A DNA stretch of 64,000 nucleotides from Pelagomonas calceolata (lineage: Eukaryota): assembly GCA_918797485.1 (NCBI GenBank), contig CAKKNE010000001.1:1550001-1614000 (forward strand). Reading direction: 5' to 3'. Shown here one piece after another: positions 15,001 to 23,023 of this stretch; within the stretch, counting starts at the first letter, position 1; each line of letters begins with the position of its first letter. The notes under the pieces were generated by a model. It had not been told where the DNA came from and did not search any database. It was given only the letters and a program-made list of their open reading frames with translations. Position numbers and translations under genes: made by a program.

Positions 15001-16457
15001 TAGAGGCGCCTCCCCAACAAGGTGAAAAACCCCAGAAACGCGCGAGGGCCCCGTCGGTGACGGAGAACGTGCAAGACGCCGAGCCCGACGACGCGGGGTC
15101 GGCGAGGTGCGTCGTGTGTCGCGAGGGCTTCGCGTCGCGGCCGCGCGACGCTTTGGGGGCCTACATCTTCTCGAAGCTCGCGGCGGCGGACGTCGGGGGC
15201 GCGGACGGCTTTCAGTTGGTCGAGGGCGCGGCGGCCGCGGCGCAAGCGGCCTCGCGGCCGCGGCCGCCGCCCGCGGTATGTTCTTCCGTGGGTGCGATGC
15301 ATTGCATCCATGCGAACTGCCATCGCGACGCGACGCGCGCGGAACGGTCGTTGAGGTCTCCTCGGGCCGAGTGGGACGGCGCGGCCCTGCGGAACTCGAG
15401 GGTCCTATGCAACTCCATCCTGCCCGTGCGGCCGCCCCAGGCGACGGACGACTGGGCGTCGGCGCGCGCGGCCTACCACGCCGCGGTCGAGCGCCACTTC
15501 GGGCGCGTCGCGCAGCTCGGCGTCGCCGCGGCGCCGGCGTCGCAGCTCGCCGCGGCGGCCTCGACGTCGTCCTACGCGTCGCCGTCATCTCGGGCCCTGC
15601 GGTCGTCGCGTTTTCAGTTAGCCGCGCACGACGCGCGTTTACTACTCCTACGCTTGGCGCACAACGAGCCGCTCCACCAGGAGAGCGGCGGCGGTTCGAG
15701 ACGGTCGAACCTCGAACTCTGTCTCTACCTATTGCAAATGGCGGGCCACCAGCTTCAAGATAGAGACGCCGGCGGCGCGGCCGACGCGGCCCTCGCGCAG
15801 CGCGAGCGGCGCCACCTCGACGCCGTCGTCGCCGCTTCTCTAGATCGCGCCCAGGGCTCGGCGGACCAGCGCAAGCGGGCGGCCGAGGCCGCGCCGCACG
15901 CCGCCCTGCTATCACTCTTCTCGGCGTCGAACGACCGCTGGTCCGTGCAGCGCAAGCGGCGGGCCTGCGCCCGCGCGCTCAAGCGGTCCGTGGACCGCGC
16001 GAAGAGCCGGGCCGCAGCCTCGGCTGCCGCGCGGAGCCGGCGCGGCCGCGCGGGCTCGCAGGGCCAGCCCTCGCCGCCGAACAGCCCGCAGCGCCCGTCG
16101 TCGAACGCGGCGGCGCCGGCGCCGGCGCCCGCCGACGTCGAGGCCGCCACGGCCGCGCGCGCGGTGACCTACGCGCGCGCGACGCTCGCCTACGTGGCCC
16201 TCGTCGACAAGCTGCAGTCCGTGCTCGCGACGCCGCTCGTGCCGGCCGCGACCGTCATCACGCCTGCTGAAGGGCGCATCTCGCTGTTTAATGGAGACGA
16301 CGCGGGCATCGGCAGGTGCGCCGCGGAGTTGGCGAGCTTCTACGACGCGCAGCTCCGCGACGCCGAGGCGCCCCAGGACGTCCTGCGCGTCATGGACCTG
16401 GACGCGGACGCCCTCGATATTGACACGGAGACGCGGTCCATGGTCTTCGGATCTTAG
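3..16457 (+). CDS. UBR4: UBR4/p600/BIG-like giant E3 ubiquitin ligase (5' partial; single exon within window)
   Basis: Frame is open from base 3. UBR-box (KCTF...QHWYNCATCGL...CIRTCHAGH...FFCDCG), Cys cluster CPRC...CQHCGEVAFQCRQCRHINYE...LCVECGYC, and C-terminal CVVCREG...IH..CH...EWDGAALRN..LCN typical of UBR4/BIG. Confidence 0.92.
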   Translation, partial: LSSQRSEDDDAAPASRTRAQKAIEEEDQPQPLDKNAQLCAGAALELCVELCQQETTGVVCRDQASQRRANVALDVLEELCGGSSCASVDLAEDASSSRIPPFEDVLATTLHAAAARCADKLRRVAPSQSKEERRPSPVIIQLAAANLSRIEAPQKLLRCADTGLRIAGGHKPDDEMKDQDEDGDRNAAMAWASRLARVARLVEDERADELVSQAQRNNVEQACFDVAARLGAVAALSPVEASQVQSGGWREPRRRHAAKFTNEEECSEAVRCFADVSMIAQTAKPDNPQPHLVDAIGAAAVFRACGPLSSAIVEGTTTGEERLPCAVAAFALTAVAEASQHNCTGPLAQDALSTIDGCCACALAGAARSTDDDLATLGLKALASLLGPPSEKQETKKRRRAVEEDGPSAFRDVLTTDHALAVLYATAWDSSTDLPKDSTIARRRARGDRAWLAARSASRAVADSLTGESLDQARNAFVEHMSQDDAIDMGMPRKAFSVVYDLVLDRGEGCSQHLTKVASLLFGDDVEVCPLGYAPHGARFLVDALSSPRRDAFSTAVGEKLWEHITKLNDDDDLQTAARLLHVARASLEASPTSSSLLADRLRSEDDDADENQLYAALRGFTTTEPPKRMRRRRAPAAKKVTQQPAPLVEGKRITELRAAAVAILKSAREDAAQFAVDAAWRFLASLPECSAKDGLDGALAAARLAKLLDASESRLQPGDQVLTAARTKLRSSLNEAPSWASSAAVEALAFALRAAVVPSRGGRYRLEDGDSDVDDGSDSEGDDETSDEAARRARTAAFVEELVEALSTVVDAHDAEVLKSLEGEEPSKRRRKKADDDPAGDARLARCLLRAAGGESTGSTPHAQIFEPPFSKLARLGRALFGENGSSEDTSTVKPLVDRLARRSVDVKALGSELKGTRQTAVRKRCSTSVNSRVVAHALSQKPQTARVVSAVAAAARAVAVSARRQHLRSGMAQDTSCWINAAAALGALKTDAAYAFMRGLCANAQQQLARRPSDARAVDCKRRLGATCILFDNQAKNEAVWASARSAALDDLERWTSSPRAEHRQHVVSYVENTSDESVGAEKLLSWALKDDLSSQGGHLAIAARIVVTASQFPDATSGSVRLPTAKAISGAPPGALRASLVAAKHETASICELCASAACGDAKGVDGRYPAATGAASFVAGRGDEDAGWAPQKTAKKGNEVWASACRTAILRAIVDDGEVCELLELPARASRPCESLLVLCAVTNGGSAAADVAQRLVQSGKTLGSARALELAAALCAGFRRALGLRQEEQTLPVQEEEEEPQREVPTKCTFASTSGAFVEQHWYNCATCGLVGDKGACAACIRTCHAGHDISYARKSSFFCDCGARGSTTAADRAAQRERESFLGGEIPGGRRGASAAALLAAAPPCRCLDASERRFRPRAPTIERRPPKQDRARLLRRVENLAATTRQASLPASLAEAACAVATELARAAASSLAERPIRSRASSIVQKPRRVIEAQPSPGRGRTSKGSSESAAPTRSAPKVRRASCIHGLEVKVPGEQTTGPVARQTKALLQRHRLAPRLVSADRRGRVAIGCRRTVTIYVLENALRARRPQRTACVALTRANTPFDLVGLAFNPCCDRHVACWGLRDCCVVALDGGDQKKNDEPINVKVELALDALASDAAHVVKCLWVPASKCGLAVCTTLGVHIYDLSRDTATPTHAYVLAYDQHHLRDACLAPPRPEWGGARALYAVLDTGRVFAADVEPDDNELFGRKSTVQTAKEVYLDLHDALSLPPRLFAGAGAAHGLLYSSRAHALVIARDGCAACVIPLGDGVRDVRGGGHILPCTVPPPPRRPQVSRPPTGSAAADELLLAALNASQTQQKTAQQPFDAWLEWPGGECDDDADAVDVVCVARGVSTTPRTSGRGTERVVYVACSGLSEESTRMSVARECDCTEPGPAPPASTAAQRLAAATGGSTTPQHRRVLGVCAYMPPRATKLSGRQLMILFDDGTLQLFDRPDCEPADVSMEEDDDDEDEDEELVRRGPACVQFESLCVVPQPRVVFAGDLASSKPSTDLRRRLRASTDEYLVGKADGGSLLVSVDPSYLQERGSLRAVRLLVGSAASNHAPEELVVCGKVVPVRTNQRAWRDVFLDAADRRACRRLGGVPVSMLGARRAGNPPILDAVEVYVADEALRKRPKKKKVQTVIDVCRGLPLKRCLAAASRIAALVSYPSSSLERFPPLEAPFDDTYATVDMSDDPTELCKAALLVVERTCLTTKSDRSWCRAASTLVRVSAQFDATRSSAYIDQARLDRLVKATDGSQDDSRADAVARLALALHEREPSSFRKRLCPSDEDYGFPKIAAVARRGTEVQATTSRTIVSLACSELWSRGSNSATPTETAREGYLKLVSTLENGDTADSSMEALADEISKALIADPSSAASALRDENISSESKTEDTIQESKDDDQQTKASFFASCVLPLVLDRLKQHVVVASLAEGTMDSVGSPGNVARGLGCVLSIASKCYADPQLASAVSYVLCDWASDTLRYALCHDVLKCHAERRGRHSRSLQRDGVEWCCDEEESWFSRDETREDVVVLLLRTVERLCRGIPSVQRQQGQPLTRRDTMESQDGDDEDRVVETVTPVDACTRRCADDVELSCAPLSLHRGSSETACRAASRSARQAVAKQLDSQENGVSLRDALVAKSRRALATLRAESEASSSPQQPDDEENKPPLLNDHSDAESVDSDDDASEERPVVPCGLLDDDVAEEVVEDDQTVQSVDPCPWWVPLVAAPEIDRPRSAKLRRNHRAELASAFLAASLRCCASCGGALTSSERRFPPAFFAALCDAVGDRNLPKGARRAARRALRRLCGGSPREYRACRDSHLFARHFTRLRTALSTIRREGELEYVSAARLEHSLTRLLRVVRSRAHHWRTFCARPAIGSTQDDDDVVMIDQEDKEDDASLADASDGDEVSFERGHCGSTTLLELCEVLPASTARNAVLELLERCCRPVDNLRDDDLRLEDQRASAENASDQRTQSRPRRRFARFLGLGAPAQSVGSASRAAQGLVIDLGEEASEKLLAFASTIAVDGDSRGCRALGAQTLRHVWRALDRPAKTTVLAALASRAPRELRRSGGGELLAALRGALVEAIDDRDILPEATLDELCSTLQAGLRETRSQSDDDVRAVYQATDGLCRNAPRCFDDAEDDEEDTELLKAASEADATVRNEAGPVVDDFEGSTTDDADRVRYLSEGDVFTAKDVKDCVTVRDRSQSLLSDPEDPDSDSEKKKVPGKARPREKRKPLQSLEDLRKAARYTENTALSQLRTVRRITHLELRIREPRGRYVRRLKLHYAAREVDSLSDLSWPTHRRKWALAATVRLERGQTSARIPLPAPLVAANLLIEYDDFYPQRTTGPPQQRRTGSKTQPCLHCPRCGRAVTDAHGVCQHCGEVAFQCRQCRHINYERLDAFLCVECGYCAFGDFSYRLRSDPAPDALSIRSEEDLQRAVARLRDRADACADARRELRRLLPECARRARALALSRDDEHAVFSAWPRSSKTALDDTWCAVDVASFALMAHADARVLGTPRAAAQLAADLGSLLSAVAPSSQNVARLFGVDEEEEPVAVMPPLDLGPARASSSLASILASARDSGPEDARRLAAALEGVPRRRMRRRRLGPPPTLGGSSYAAALSAARRAVRAPPTALLRRPARRALAQAAAGLLGRYPRAAPPRANAAALFFRGETAARSIRLRRDPVPGEAHEEDDDDPMIEEDEDEEEMLQRALAASAPPPPEPHGDDSDPPGSSDDDEDDDLDAALDDDDPLAFELREDVDFGRERFDEDESREEEPVPEEQEDEEKPPVPDAKVLKAQKRQKREEVASQSLDRVYAAAAAADQIVRGGTQRKKRDRTGVPKSPPKPSSDSLRELVKSVHAEDLRKRSASDSEEEEDSTVKLGHAARSLLDLYEGECLPLAAELKSASKQAAQTVARVRAYRRRTHTHEDVSSEDEDDEASLKTAATAGRLAALAGALASSERGRKALDRKRVAQELLAVASSDHREASRAAAQALRSLASHSEHARSYLFEALRSAADDALTDPCQLGGRSRDAAPLGRALNSLRDHVAAPGTVLSAACLAFCLDVVPKAALSDDPQIAASILRPCLGVLCKVASSPDNENVIAWLQKESGRLPRESGPWRSLSRFSRPTDLRSAFDRWKGPPAKHWWLRAFTGSNEACRRQASLLLLAACGNEMETPGQTACVEFALEGFATACASNNGDVSQLVVVAKELITSVKRRAYIQKRGFGRCCARLARREASLLLARDARLLRDSRGGADGAAARAVGRESPALEALCVLASELAEHNDEDDAEGAAGRASRDALDVPLEACLALRALALLGCRATDQAADSLASAARVPLDCDCRGTIDKRRGDRLAFLAASCRVLRRRRDRRLGILTEDPPPPLDAKAIDNLLKDMASAATPKRQRQRVQLQLRRAPTQEEFFRGNLPRSTVDLDDVPTENSGEDAEPLMRDVRRKIARDLDMVDAAEMLELLVCDKIISLDLSVRQVYANVWQPGSKDARNRARRRRMGALAAALGDAGASLMAPGEEEDEDHDMEEEDEVYSEVGDEDEDEEDEDEDEPKRRRRVTPPMVVTYRLTGVDGEATEERYEQVEAQDDGRRRQDQSQAAVVIASSGGLEELVRCCSSRDAPELAGRALQLLALCADSGYASDLAKRGASGALLARLVAELRNKKTSQNTLVPRILSLLETLAPAAAAEDSQSETEEDSNEAGHLETLVEGLKDASVASALARTPALRKAVCRLLPALAYGRKDAADALASTVVQLFDSGVDKWAQESTNDPDSVAAACLREVVEGLGSGVGARALGDALERAGFAKKCSQALVKRLPTTSPKFAWASTGTESTEWTECAVKDERIIVALLKALKGCCASSERCAKTAIKDKAVESAHALELLLAPSLVCLAAEELVDACVAWPSGSKARSMREASRNARLDHASKKRDRILKRYGLEAPPQQGEKPQKRARAPSVTENVQDAEPDDAGSARCVVCREGFASRPRDALGAYIFSKLAAADVGGADGFQLVEGAAAAAQAASRPRPPPAVCSSVGAMHCIHANCHRDATRAERSLRSPRAEWDGAALRNSRVLCNSILPVRPPQATDDWASARAAYHAAVERHFGRVAQLGVAAAPASQLAAAASTSSYASPSSRALRSSRFQLAAHDARLLLLRLAHNEPLHQESGGGSRRSNLELCLYLLQMAGHQLQDRDAGGAADAALAQRERRHLDAVVAASLDRAQGSADQRKRAAEAAPHAALLSLFSASNDRWSVQRKRRACARALKRSVDRAKSRAAASAAARSRRGRAGSQGQPSPPNSPQRPSSNAAAPAPAPADVEAATAARAVTYARATLAYVALVDKLQSVLATPLVPAATVITPAEGRISLFNGDDAGIGRCAAELASFYDAQLRDAEAPQDVLRVMDLDADALDIDTETRSMVFGS

Positions 16458-16602
16458 AGCTTTGTGGCGGTCTGTCCCCTTGGGGCCGCTCCATAGCGCG
16501 TGTTGTGTGCCGGCGGGGCACCTCTCTTTAAGTACTAATGGTATAATTCCGGAGTATTTCGCTCTCTTATACGATGACAGTGCTTTATATACAAGACATT
16601 CT

Positions 16603-17737
16603 CTATAAACAGTAGTATTTGTGCAGTGCCACGTCCTCGCGGTACATGTCCCGAAGCCAGGCGGCGGTCTTGGCGGAGACGGTGGCCGTGGCATTGCGGC
16701 GTGGACGGCGCGTAGTGCGTAGGTTCGAGTGGCGATGCGATGCTCGCGCCCCGAGCTCCGCGGCGAGCGCGGGGAGATCGTGACGCAACGACTCCGTGCA
16801 GAGGACCCGGAGCCGAACCTCGCCCCGCCTGCAGGCGCACGCGGACCCTACGAGGTACGAGAGCTGCGGCGTAGCGAAGTATTGGTTCACGGCAGTGTTG
16901 AGCCTTCGGAATGAGCTCGCGAGCCCGTCCGGAAACGCGGGGCGTGGGCCGTCACCGAGGCGCTTTCTCCACTCGCGCAGGAGGTTCTCGAGCGTGTCGT
17001 AGCGAAAGTCGGGCCGGTAGCGCCAGCCGCTCTGGAAGCGGCGCACGGGGTCCCGGAGCCTGTGTGGAAATCAACCAGTGCGTCGGGTGCACCCGACATT
17101 TCTTCACTAAGTCATTTCTCGGCGATGACGCGGCCGTGCTGGCTCCGTCGAGCGGTGAGGAACCGGCATCGCCACACCATCGAGCAGGCGTCGCGTCGAT
17201 GGCGTGGAGGTCGACGCGGCGATTCAGCACGAACGCGCCGTAAAAGTTTGATTTCCACACAGCCCGGAGCGTGAGCAGGAAGACGTCGATTTTCTCCTGC
17301 GGTTCTCCGAACGTGTCCAAGGCCGTCGACCAGCGCTTCGTCGTCCTGAGGAGGTGATCCACCGTGATGCGGTGGTCGTGGTGGGATATCAAGCGGTGCG
17401 CCGTCGCCCTGGCGGTGATACGCGCACCGCCGCGCCGTACCGCCTCGCCGAGAAGCAGCCGGCGGCGAGGGAGTCGCGGGACCCCGGCGGGCCGAGCGCG
17501 TCTGTTTCCAACCACGCCGCGCCAGGCCTGCAGCGCGTCCGCGAGCGTCTGCGAGCCCGTGCCGGCGACGGCAAGGTTCGCCACGGCCGCACTGGGCTCG
17601 ATGCGCGAGGTTGCGTTGCATTGGATCGCGGCGCGCAGCAGCCTTTCGGCGTAGTCGGGTCTGCTGACAAGCCGCGACTCGTCGCAGCTTTTGGCGGCAA
17701 CTGCGACCGCGTGGAGGAGGATGAGGCAGCGACGCAT
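16603..17737 (-). CDS. Secreted/Golgi sulfotransferase-like protein; exons 17737-17271 and 17059-16603
   Basis: Signal peptide MRRCLILLHAVAVAA. Removing the introner intron restores FLLT-LRDPVRRFQS, an RDP..R..S PAPS-binding-type motif. C-terminal LRDMYRED. Confidence 0.6.
17060..17262. mobile_element. Introner element, full length (203 bp); GC-AG intron 17270-17060 on minus strand
   Basis: TIRs CTGTGTGGAAATCAA / TTGATTTCCACACAG. Perfect 8-bp TSD CCCGGAGC at 17052-17059 and 17263-17270. Highly similar to the copy at 32770. Confidence 0.95.
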
Positions 17738-18476
17738 ATTAGTACAGCAGGACCCTCTTCACGATCTCAGGGCGGCAATAGCCGTGCGCGCGCAGCAACT
17801 CCGGCACCAGTTCCTTGAGTTCGCGGCGCCAAGCCTGCAGTGATTTCAGCCTGCTTTTGACTCCCTTGCATGAGTGGCAGATTTTTCACGCGTACGTAGC
17901 CATTGCTCTCTGGACACCATACCTCTCGCAAGGCATGCGCGGCGCCTCTCTGCTGCACAGGCTTGCTGATGCTTCTGCAAGGAGCTGCGCTGAGGGCCCA
18001 GCTGTGGGTATTTTGGACGAGTTCGGCGCATGCGCAGGGCTGCCCAGCGCGAGACTCAGGCTAGAGCTAGTGTAACGCTAGCGTGCGGAGTCCTAAAAGT
18101 CGTCGCAGCGGCGTCGTCCGGCCGCAGAGGCCTCGCCTATCAGGTCTTTTTAATACAGATTACTATATACACTGGCGTGCAACAGGCTTGCTGTGCGATG
18201 GTGGAATTTGGGTGGGACGGGGCGCGCCGCGGGCGGGCGCACCGGGAGCCACCGGCAGTTTTCGATCGCCGGGGCCGGGACAAGGCAATGGGTGTTGGGT
18301 CAAGCGCGAGCTGGGACAAGGGCTGTTGCTGGTATGTGCAAGGTGCTCGCGGCAAGGGGGCGCGGCGCGGACCGGTCTTGGCGTCCGCGCGCGCCGGCAA
18401 TATAAACAGAGTGGGGTTCGATGAGAGTATGTACAGAACGAGAGAACAGCAGCAGGACGGACCGGGCCGTCGACGT

Positions 18477-20151
18477 CTAGGCCTCCGTGGCTTTTACGCC
18501 GTCGACCGAGGCCGCGACGACCTCGGACATGGCGCCGCCGTGCTTAGAATCATCCAAGCCGGCGTCCTCGATCTCCTGGGAGACGCGCAACAATCCCGTG
18601 GCCTTGAGCGTGCCGAAGAGCGCGCCCATCGTCGAGCCGACCCACGCGAGGATGACGAAGACGCAGGCGAAGGCCGCCGCGAAGGAGCCCGAGGCCTTGC
18701 CGCCGTAGAAGAGGCCGGCGCAGTCGTCCTTGCGGTCGCCGTAGTAGGAGACGCTGTAGTAGAACGGCGTCGCGAAGAGGCCGCACGCGATGACGCCCCA
18801 GGCGCCGCAGGCGCCGTGGACGGCGAAGGCGTCGACGGCGTCGTCGATGCCGGCCGCCTTGACGCCCTTGGACGCGCCGACGTAGACGAGGGAGCCGATG
18901 AGGCCGACGACGATCGCGCCGAAGGGCGACACGACGGCGCACGGCGACGTGATGGACACTAAACCGGCGAGGACGCCGTTGTAGACGTAGCCCGGGTCGA
19001 TGTACTGCTTCTCGACGAAGCCGATGGCCGCCGTGCCGAGGCAGCCCGCCGCCGCGCCGAGCGTCGTCGTCATGGCGACGTGCGCGGCCGACTGGGCGTA
19101 GCCGTCGATGTAGAGCGTCGAGACGCAGTTGAATCCGTACCACCCCATCCAGAGGATGAGGATGCCGAGGGCCTGGTAGACGGGCTGGCCCTCGGGCAGC
19201 GCGTCGGGGAAGCCCTTGCGCACGCCGATGCAGCCCGCCGCGATGATCGCGGCGACGCCGCCCGTCATGTGCACCGTGCCGGAGCCGGCGAAGTCGATGA
19301 CGCCGCAATCCCCAAAAAGGCGCGGGCCCGAGCGCCAGGCCGAGAACTTGCCCGCGCCCCACATCATGTGGACGACGGGCGGGTAGACGAAGCCCGTGAG
19401 GATGACCGAGTAGAGCGCGTAGGCGAGGAACGTGGCCCGCTCGGCGATGGCGCCGGAGACGATCGTGCAGCCGGCGCCGGCGAAGGTCCAGCCGAAGAAC
19501 CAGCCGGCCTTGGCGTAGGCCGACTTGTTCGCCGTGGAGACCGTGCGGAAGAAGCCGCCGGACCCCGCGAAGCCGTTCTCGCCCGTCGTCGTGAAGTCGT
19601 CGCCGTTGCCGCCGGCGAGCGACGAGCCGACGGCGTACCACATGATCGCCGCGATGCACGCGTCGAAGATGTTCTTCACCAGGATGTTCTTCGTGTTCTT
19701 CTTGTTGACCGAGCCGACCTCGAGCATGGCGAAGCCCGCCTGCATCCAGAAGACGAGGACGCCGCCGAAGATGAGCCAGAAGGCGTCGATGTCGCCCGTG
19801 TCGATGAGCTTGCGGTGCTGCGGCGGGGGGCGTGTCGTGAGGCGGGGGTCGTTTTCGTTTTGAGCGCGCGCGCGGATTTGTGGTCACGCGCGGACGCGGC
19901 GGCCGGCGGGGGCGGGAACGCGGCGGCCGGCGAGGGCGGGAGAGGGCCGCGCCGCCGCGCCGGCGGCGGCGCCGCGGGGGCGGGGCCGCCGCGGGGGTGG
20001 GGGCAGCCCGCCGCGCCCGCACCGCGCGCTGGCGAAAGGGGCAGCTGCCGGTGAAGCAGGGACGTACCTCGGTAAGCTGCCCGTTCATGGCGTCGATCTG
20101 CTCCTGGAGGCCGGCGATGGTCGCTTGGAGGCTCGCCATGGAGTCCGTCAT
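18477..20151 (-). CDS. AMT: Ammonium transporter (AMT1 type); exons 20151-20068 and 19817-18477
   Basis: FWMQAGFAMLEVGSV, IVSGAIAER, DFAGSGTVH, WMGWYGFN, DDAVDAFAVHG, GLDDSKHG. GT-AG phase-0 intron 20067-19818 joins LTE to HRKLIDTGD. Confidence 0.95.
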
Positions 20152-20544
20152 TTTTGCTGGCTGCGTTTTGCGGTTTTTGCGCGCGTTAGATGGGAGAGCG
20201 TCACCGAATAGTAAAGTGTTTTTGCTGCCTCAACTTCACCGGGCCAGGTTTTGGCGGGAGAGCGCTTTGAAGTTCAAGTTTGGGTTTTTGGGGGCGCGGC
20301 CGAGGCTGCCCCCGACGTACTCCTCGAAGCGAGGCGTCCGAAACCCGCGCACTCTGGAGCACTTCTTGCGGCGGCATTCAGCCGCGGTGCTCGTCGCGGC
20401 CCAAGGCATACGCATCGCAAGAATCTCTGTAATTAGTCGTTTGACCGCGCGCACTGCTCTAGCGCTCATCCTGCTGCAGTCCAACACTCTGCAAAAAGGG
20501 CTGGGACTCTGGTGGCAGGCACCATCAAAAGGGCTGGGACAGCC

Positions 20545-21959
20545 ATGGCGCCGTCGATCGGCGAGGCCGCGCAGCACCTCCTCGAGAGCTGGACGCGCGA
20601 CGACTGGCACGCGGCGGCCAAATCGGTCACCGTGCGACGCGTGAAACCGGCGCTCATCTTCGGCCTCGCCTTCTGGGCGATGCGGAAGGTCGCCGAGCTC
20701 GCGCAGTTTTACTACAAGAAACGAAAACCGCCGCCGCGGAAGCCGCAGCCCGAGAAGAAGCAGGGCTGGGGATCCATCGTAGCGCTCCTCGGCGTGCTCG
20801 TGACGATCGCGGCCGGCGTCCAGGCCTGGTGCTATCATAGATACGGGCCCTTGTTCTTCTGGGCGGCGGAGAGCAAGCAGCTCGACCTGACGCCGCACGC
20901 CTGGCGCGCGCTCCTCGAGACGCGGAGCGTCGCGTTTATTGGCGGCCACCACCGCGCCGGCACGACGCAGCTCTGGCGGAGCGTCGCGCGGCATGCGGAG
21001 GTTGCGTCCTTCGGCGAGCAGCGGGACTGCGGCCTCGACTTTAGCGAGGGCATCTTCGCGCAGGACGTCTACCCGCGTTTTGGCGTCGGCGAGGTCCAGG
21101 ACTTCCTCGGGAGTTCGTCGACCAAGAACACGGGCCTGGGCCGCTACGCGTTGGGTGCTGTCGAGGACGTCTACTGGACCGAGGGCCACTTTACGGTGAG
21201 CGGCCACGCGCAGGCGCGCGTGCTGAACCGCTTCGGGTTTCTGTGGGACCGGCACTCGGGTTTAGATCAGGCCAAGGTTCTGTTGGAGAAGAGCCCGCCG
21301 AACGCCGTGCTCGCGCGGTACCTGCAAGCATTGGTCGACTGGCCGGACCACGTCCGGGCGCCGGAGAAGACGTGCGCCGCCGACGCGGAGTTTTGCGACG
21401 TCGCGCCGCCGCCCGCGCCGTTATCGTCGCGGGCGCGGTTCATCTTCGTGACGCGGCACCCCATCGCGAACGCGGTCTCGCACCTCGCCTACATGAAGGA
21501 CGGCACGGTCCCCGAGCTCGTGGCGCACTGGGTCGCCGTCGAGGCGTACATGCGGTCGAACGTGCCGCGGCTCGCGCACGTGCGCAAGGTCAAGTTCGAG
21601 GACTTCTGCGCCGTCGCGCCAGTGCGCAAATCACCTAGTGAGTCGAGCAGACGTCGCGTCGATGGCGTGGAGAGACGAAGGCGCCGTGATGTTTGATTCC
21701 CGCACAGGCGCCCGCGGAGTCGCTCCTCGACCTCTGGACGTTCCTGGGCGTCGAGGCGGACCTCGCGGCGGCCGCCGCGGCGACGGCCGACGTGCGGCGC
21801 GACCCCAACAAAATCCACCGCGAGACGTACTGCGCGCCGGTCCGCGCGGGGAACCCGTCCGCCGCCGCGGCCCACGCGGTCCTCGCGGACCGCTTCGCCG
21901 GCGTCATCGAGGACGCGCACGGGTATGCGGTGCGGGACTGGTGTAGCGTCGACGAGTGA
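20545..21959 (+). CDS. Membrane-anchored sulfotransferase family protein; exons 20545-21612 and 21708-21959
   Basis: FIGGHHRAGTT (5'-PSB-like), EKSP, FVTRHP, VKFEDF motifs; N-terminal hydrophobic segments. Splicing gives FEDFCA-APAESLLDLW. Confidence 0.8.
21620..21707. mobile_element. Degenerate introner; GT-AG intron 21613-21707
   Basis: Ends CAGTGCGCAAATCA...TGATTCCCGCACAG; family core CGTCGCGTCGATGGCGTGG; TSD eroded. Confidence 0.8.
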
Positions 21960-22472
21960 ACTCGCTTGGGGGATATTGTATATACATGCACATAGTTATG
22001 ATCCTCGGTGACCTTCGTCGCGGTGTCTCGAGTGCCCCGGCACGGCACTGCCCGGATGTCCCCAGCCCTCGGGGGCTGTACTGAACATTCCCACTCTTCA
22101 CTTTTGCGAAGTTTTTGATCCGCGCGGCGGAGGAGGGGGTCGTTAAAAAACAGCAGCAGAGGCCGGCGTCGAGGTGTTGTTCGACGGCCTCGTTCGTGGC
22201 GTGCTGGCCTCGGCTGAACTTAAAACTTTGGCGACAGAAGTCTATATAGCCAGCGTCGGTCGAGCGCTGAAAAAATACGCTGGAGACCACGTAAAACAAG
22301 AGTACAGTCATCCAGTTCAAAAATGTTCTCCCGAGCCTCTGTGACGCGCGCGATCCTTCTAAGCGTGCTGGCGTGCCGTACTGCATCGCGGCGCCGCTGC
22401 GCCCGCCTACGAGACGCTGCTCGGCTTATCCGACGCGGTGGCGCCGCGGCGGCGGGCGAAACGGGCGCAGTC

Positions 22473-23023
22473 ATGCCTCCTATCGATGAGGAATACGACC
22501 TACTGCTGACGGAAGACTTCGGCGGCGGCGGCGGCGGCGGCGGCGCTGGTTTTCCTTCACACAACGGCGACGACGAGACGCTGCTATATCCAACACTCGC
22601 GTCGACGACGTCGATGCCAAAAACGGATACGAAAAAGGCCTTCTTCCTGTTAGGATTGATCGGTGCGGTGGCCGACCTCGACCGCCGCGCCTTCTTCGTG
22701 GTCGTGGCCGTCACCAACTTGTACGCGATGCGGTTCCTCAAGGCGCACGTGCGCCCGGCCCTCACCAAGTGGATGTGCTGCAACACGCGATTCTCTGTGT
22801 GGAAATCAAGATCACGTCGATGACGTTGGCGCCGGAAACTTGGGTTCCACACAGGCAACTCCTCGACAGCGGCATCGCCCGCACGATACGCACGGAGCGG
22901 ACGATCACGCGGCCCGAGGTCGACACGGTCTGGGACCTGCTAAAGAGCAAGAACAAGCCGACGACCACGGCGTCCGAGCGGGCCGACCCCTGCGAGAAAT
23001 GGCTCGACCAGTGCGGCCGCTAA
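22473..23023 (+). CDS. Small hypothetical membrane protein, two exons (second starts 22855; donor ambiguous at about 22769-22780)
   Basis: ATG 22473, poly-Gly tract and hydrophobic segments; interrupted by an introner remnant; downstream frame QLLDSGIARTIR...CGR*. Confidence 0.55.
22795..22854. mobile_element. Short degenerate introner within an intron
   Basis: CTGTGTGGAAATCAA left end, CACGTCGATGACGT core remnant, TTGGGTTCCACACAG right end. Confidence 0.8.

Noticed and set aside
580..16694. Many long antisense and alternate-frame ORFs over UBR4 and other genes
   Set aside because: Shadow ORFs expected at high GC; Arg/Ala/Ser-rich translations with no motifs.
18030..18962. 310-aa plus-strand ORF
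   Set aside because: Mostly antisense to the AMT coding sequence and its 3' region; no recognisable protein features.
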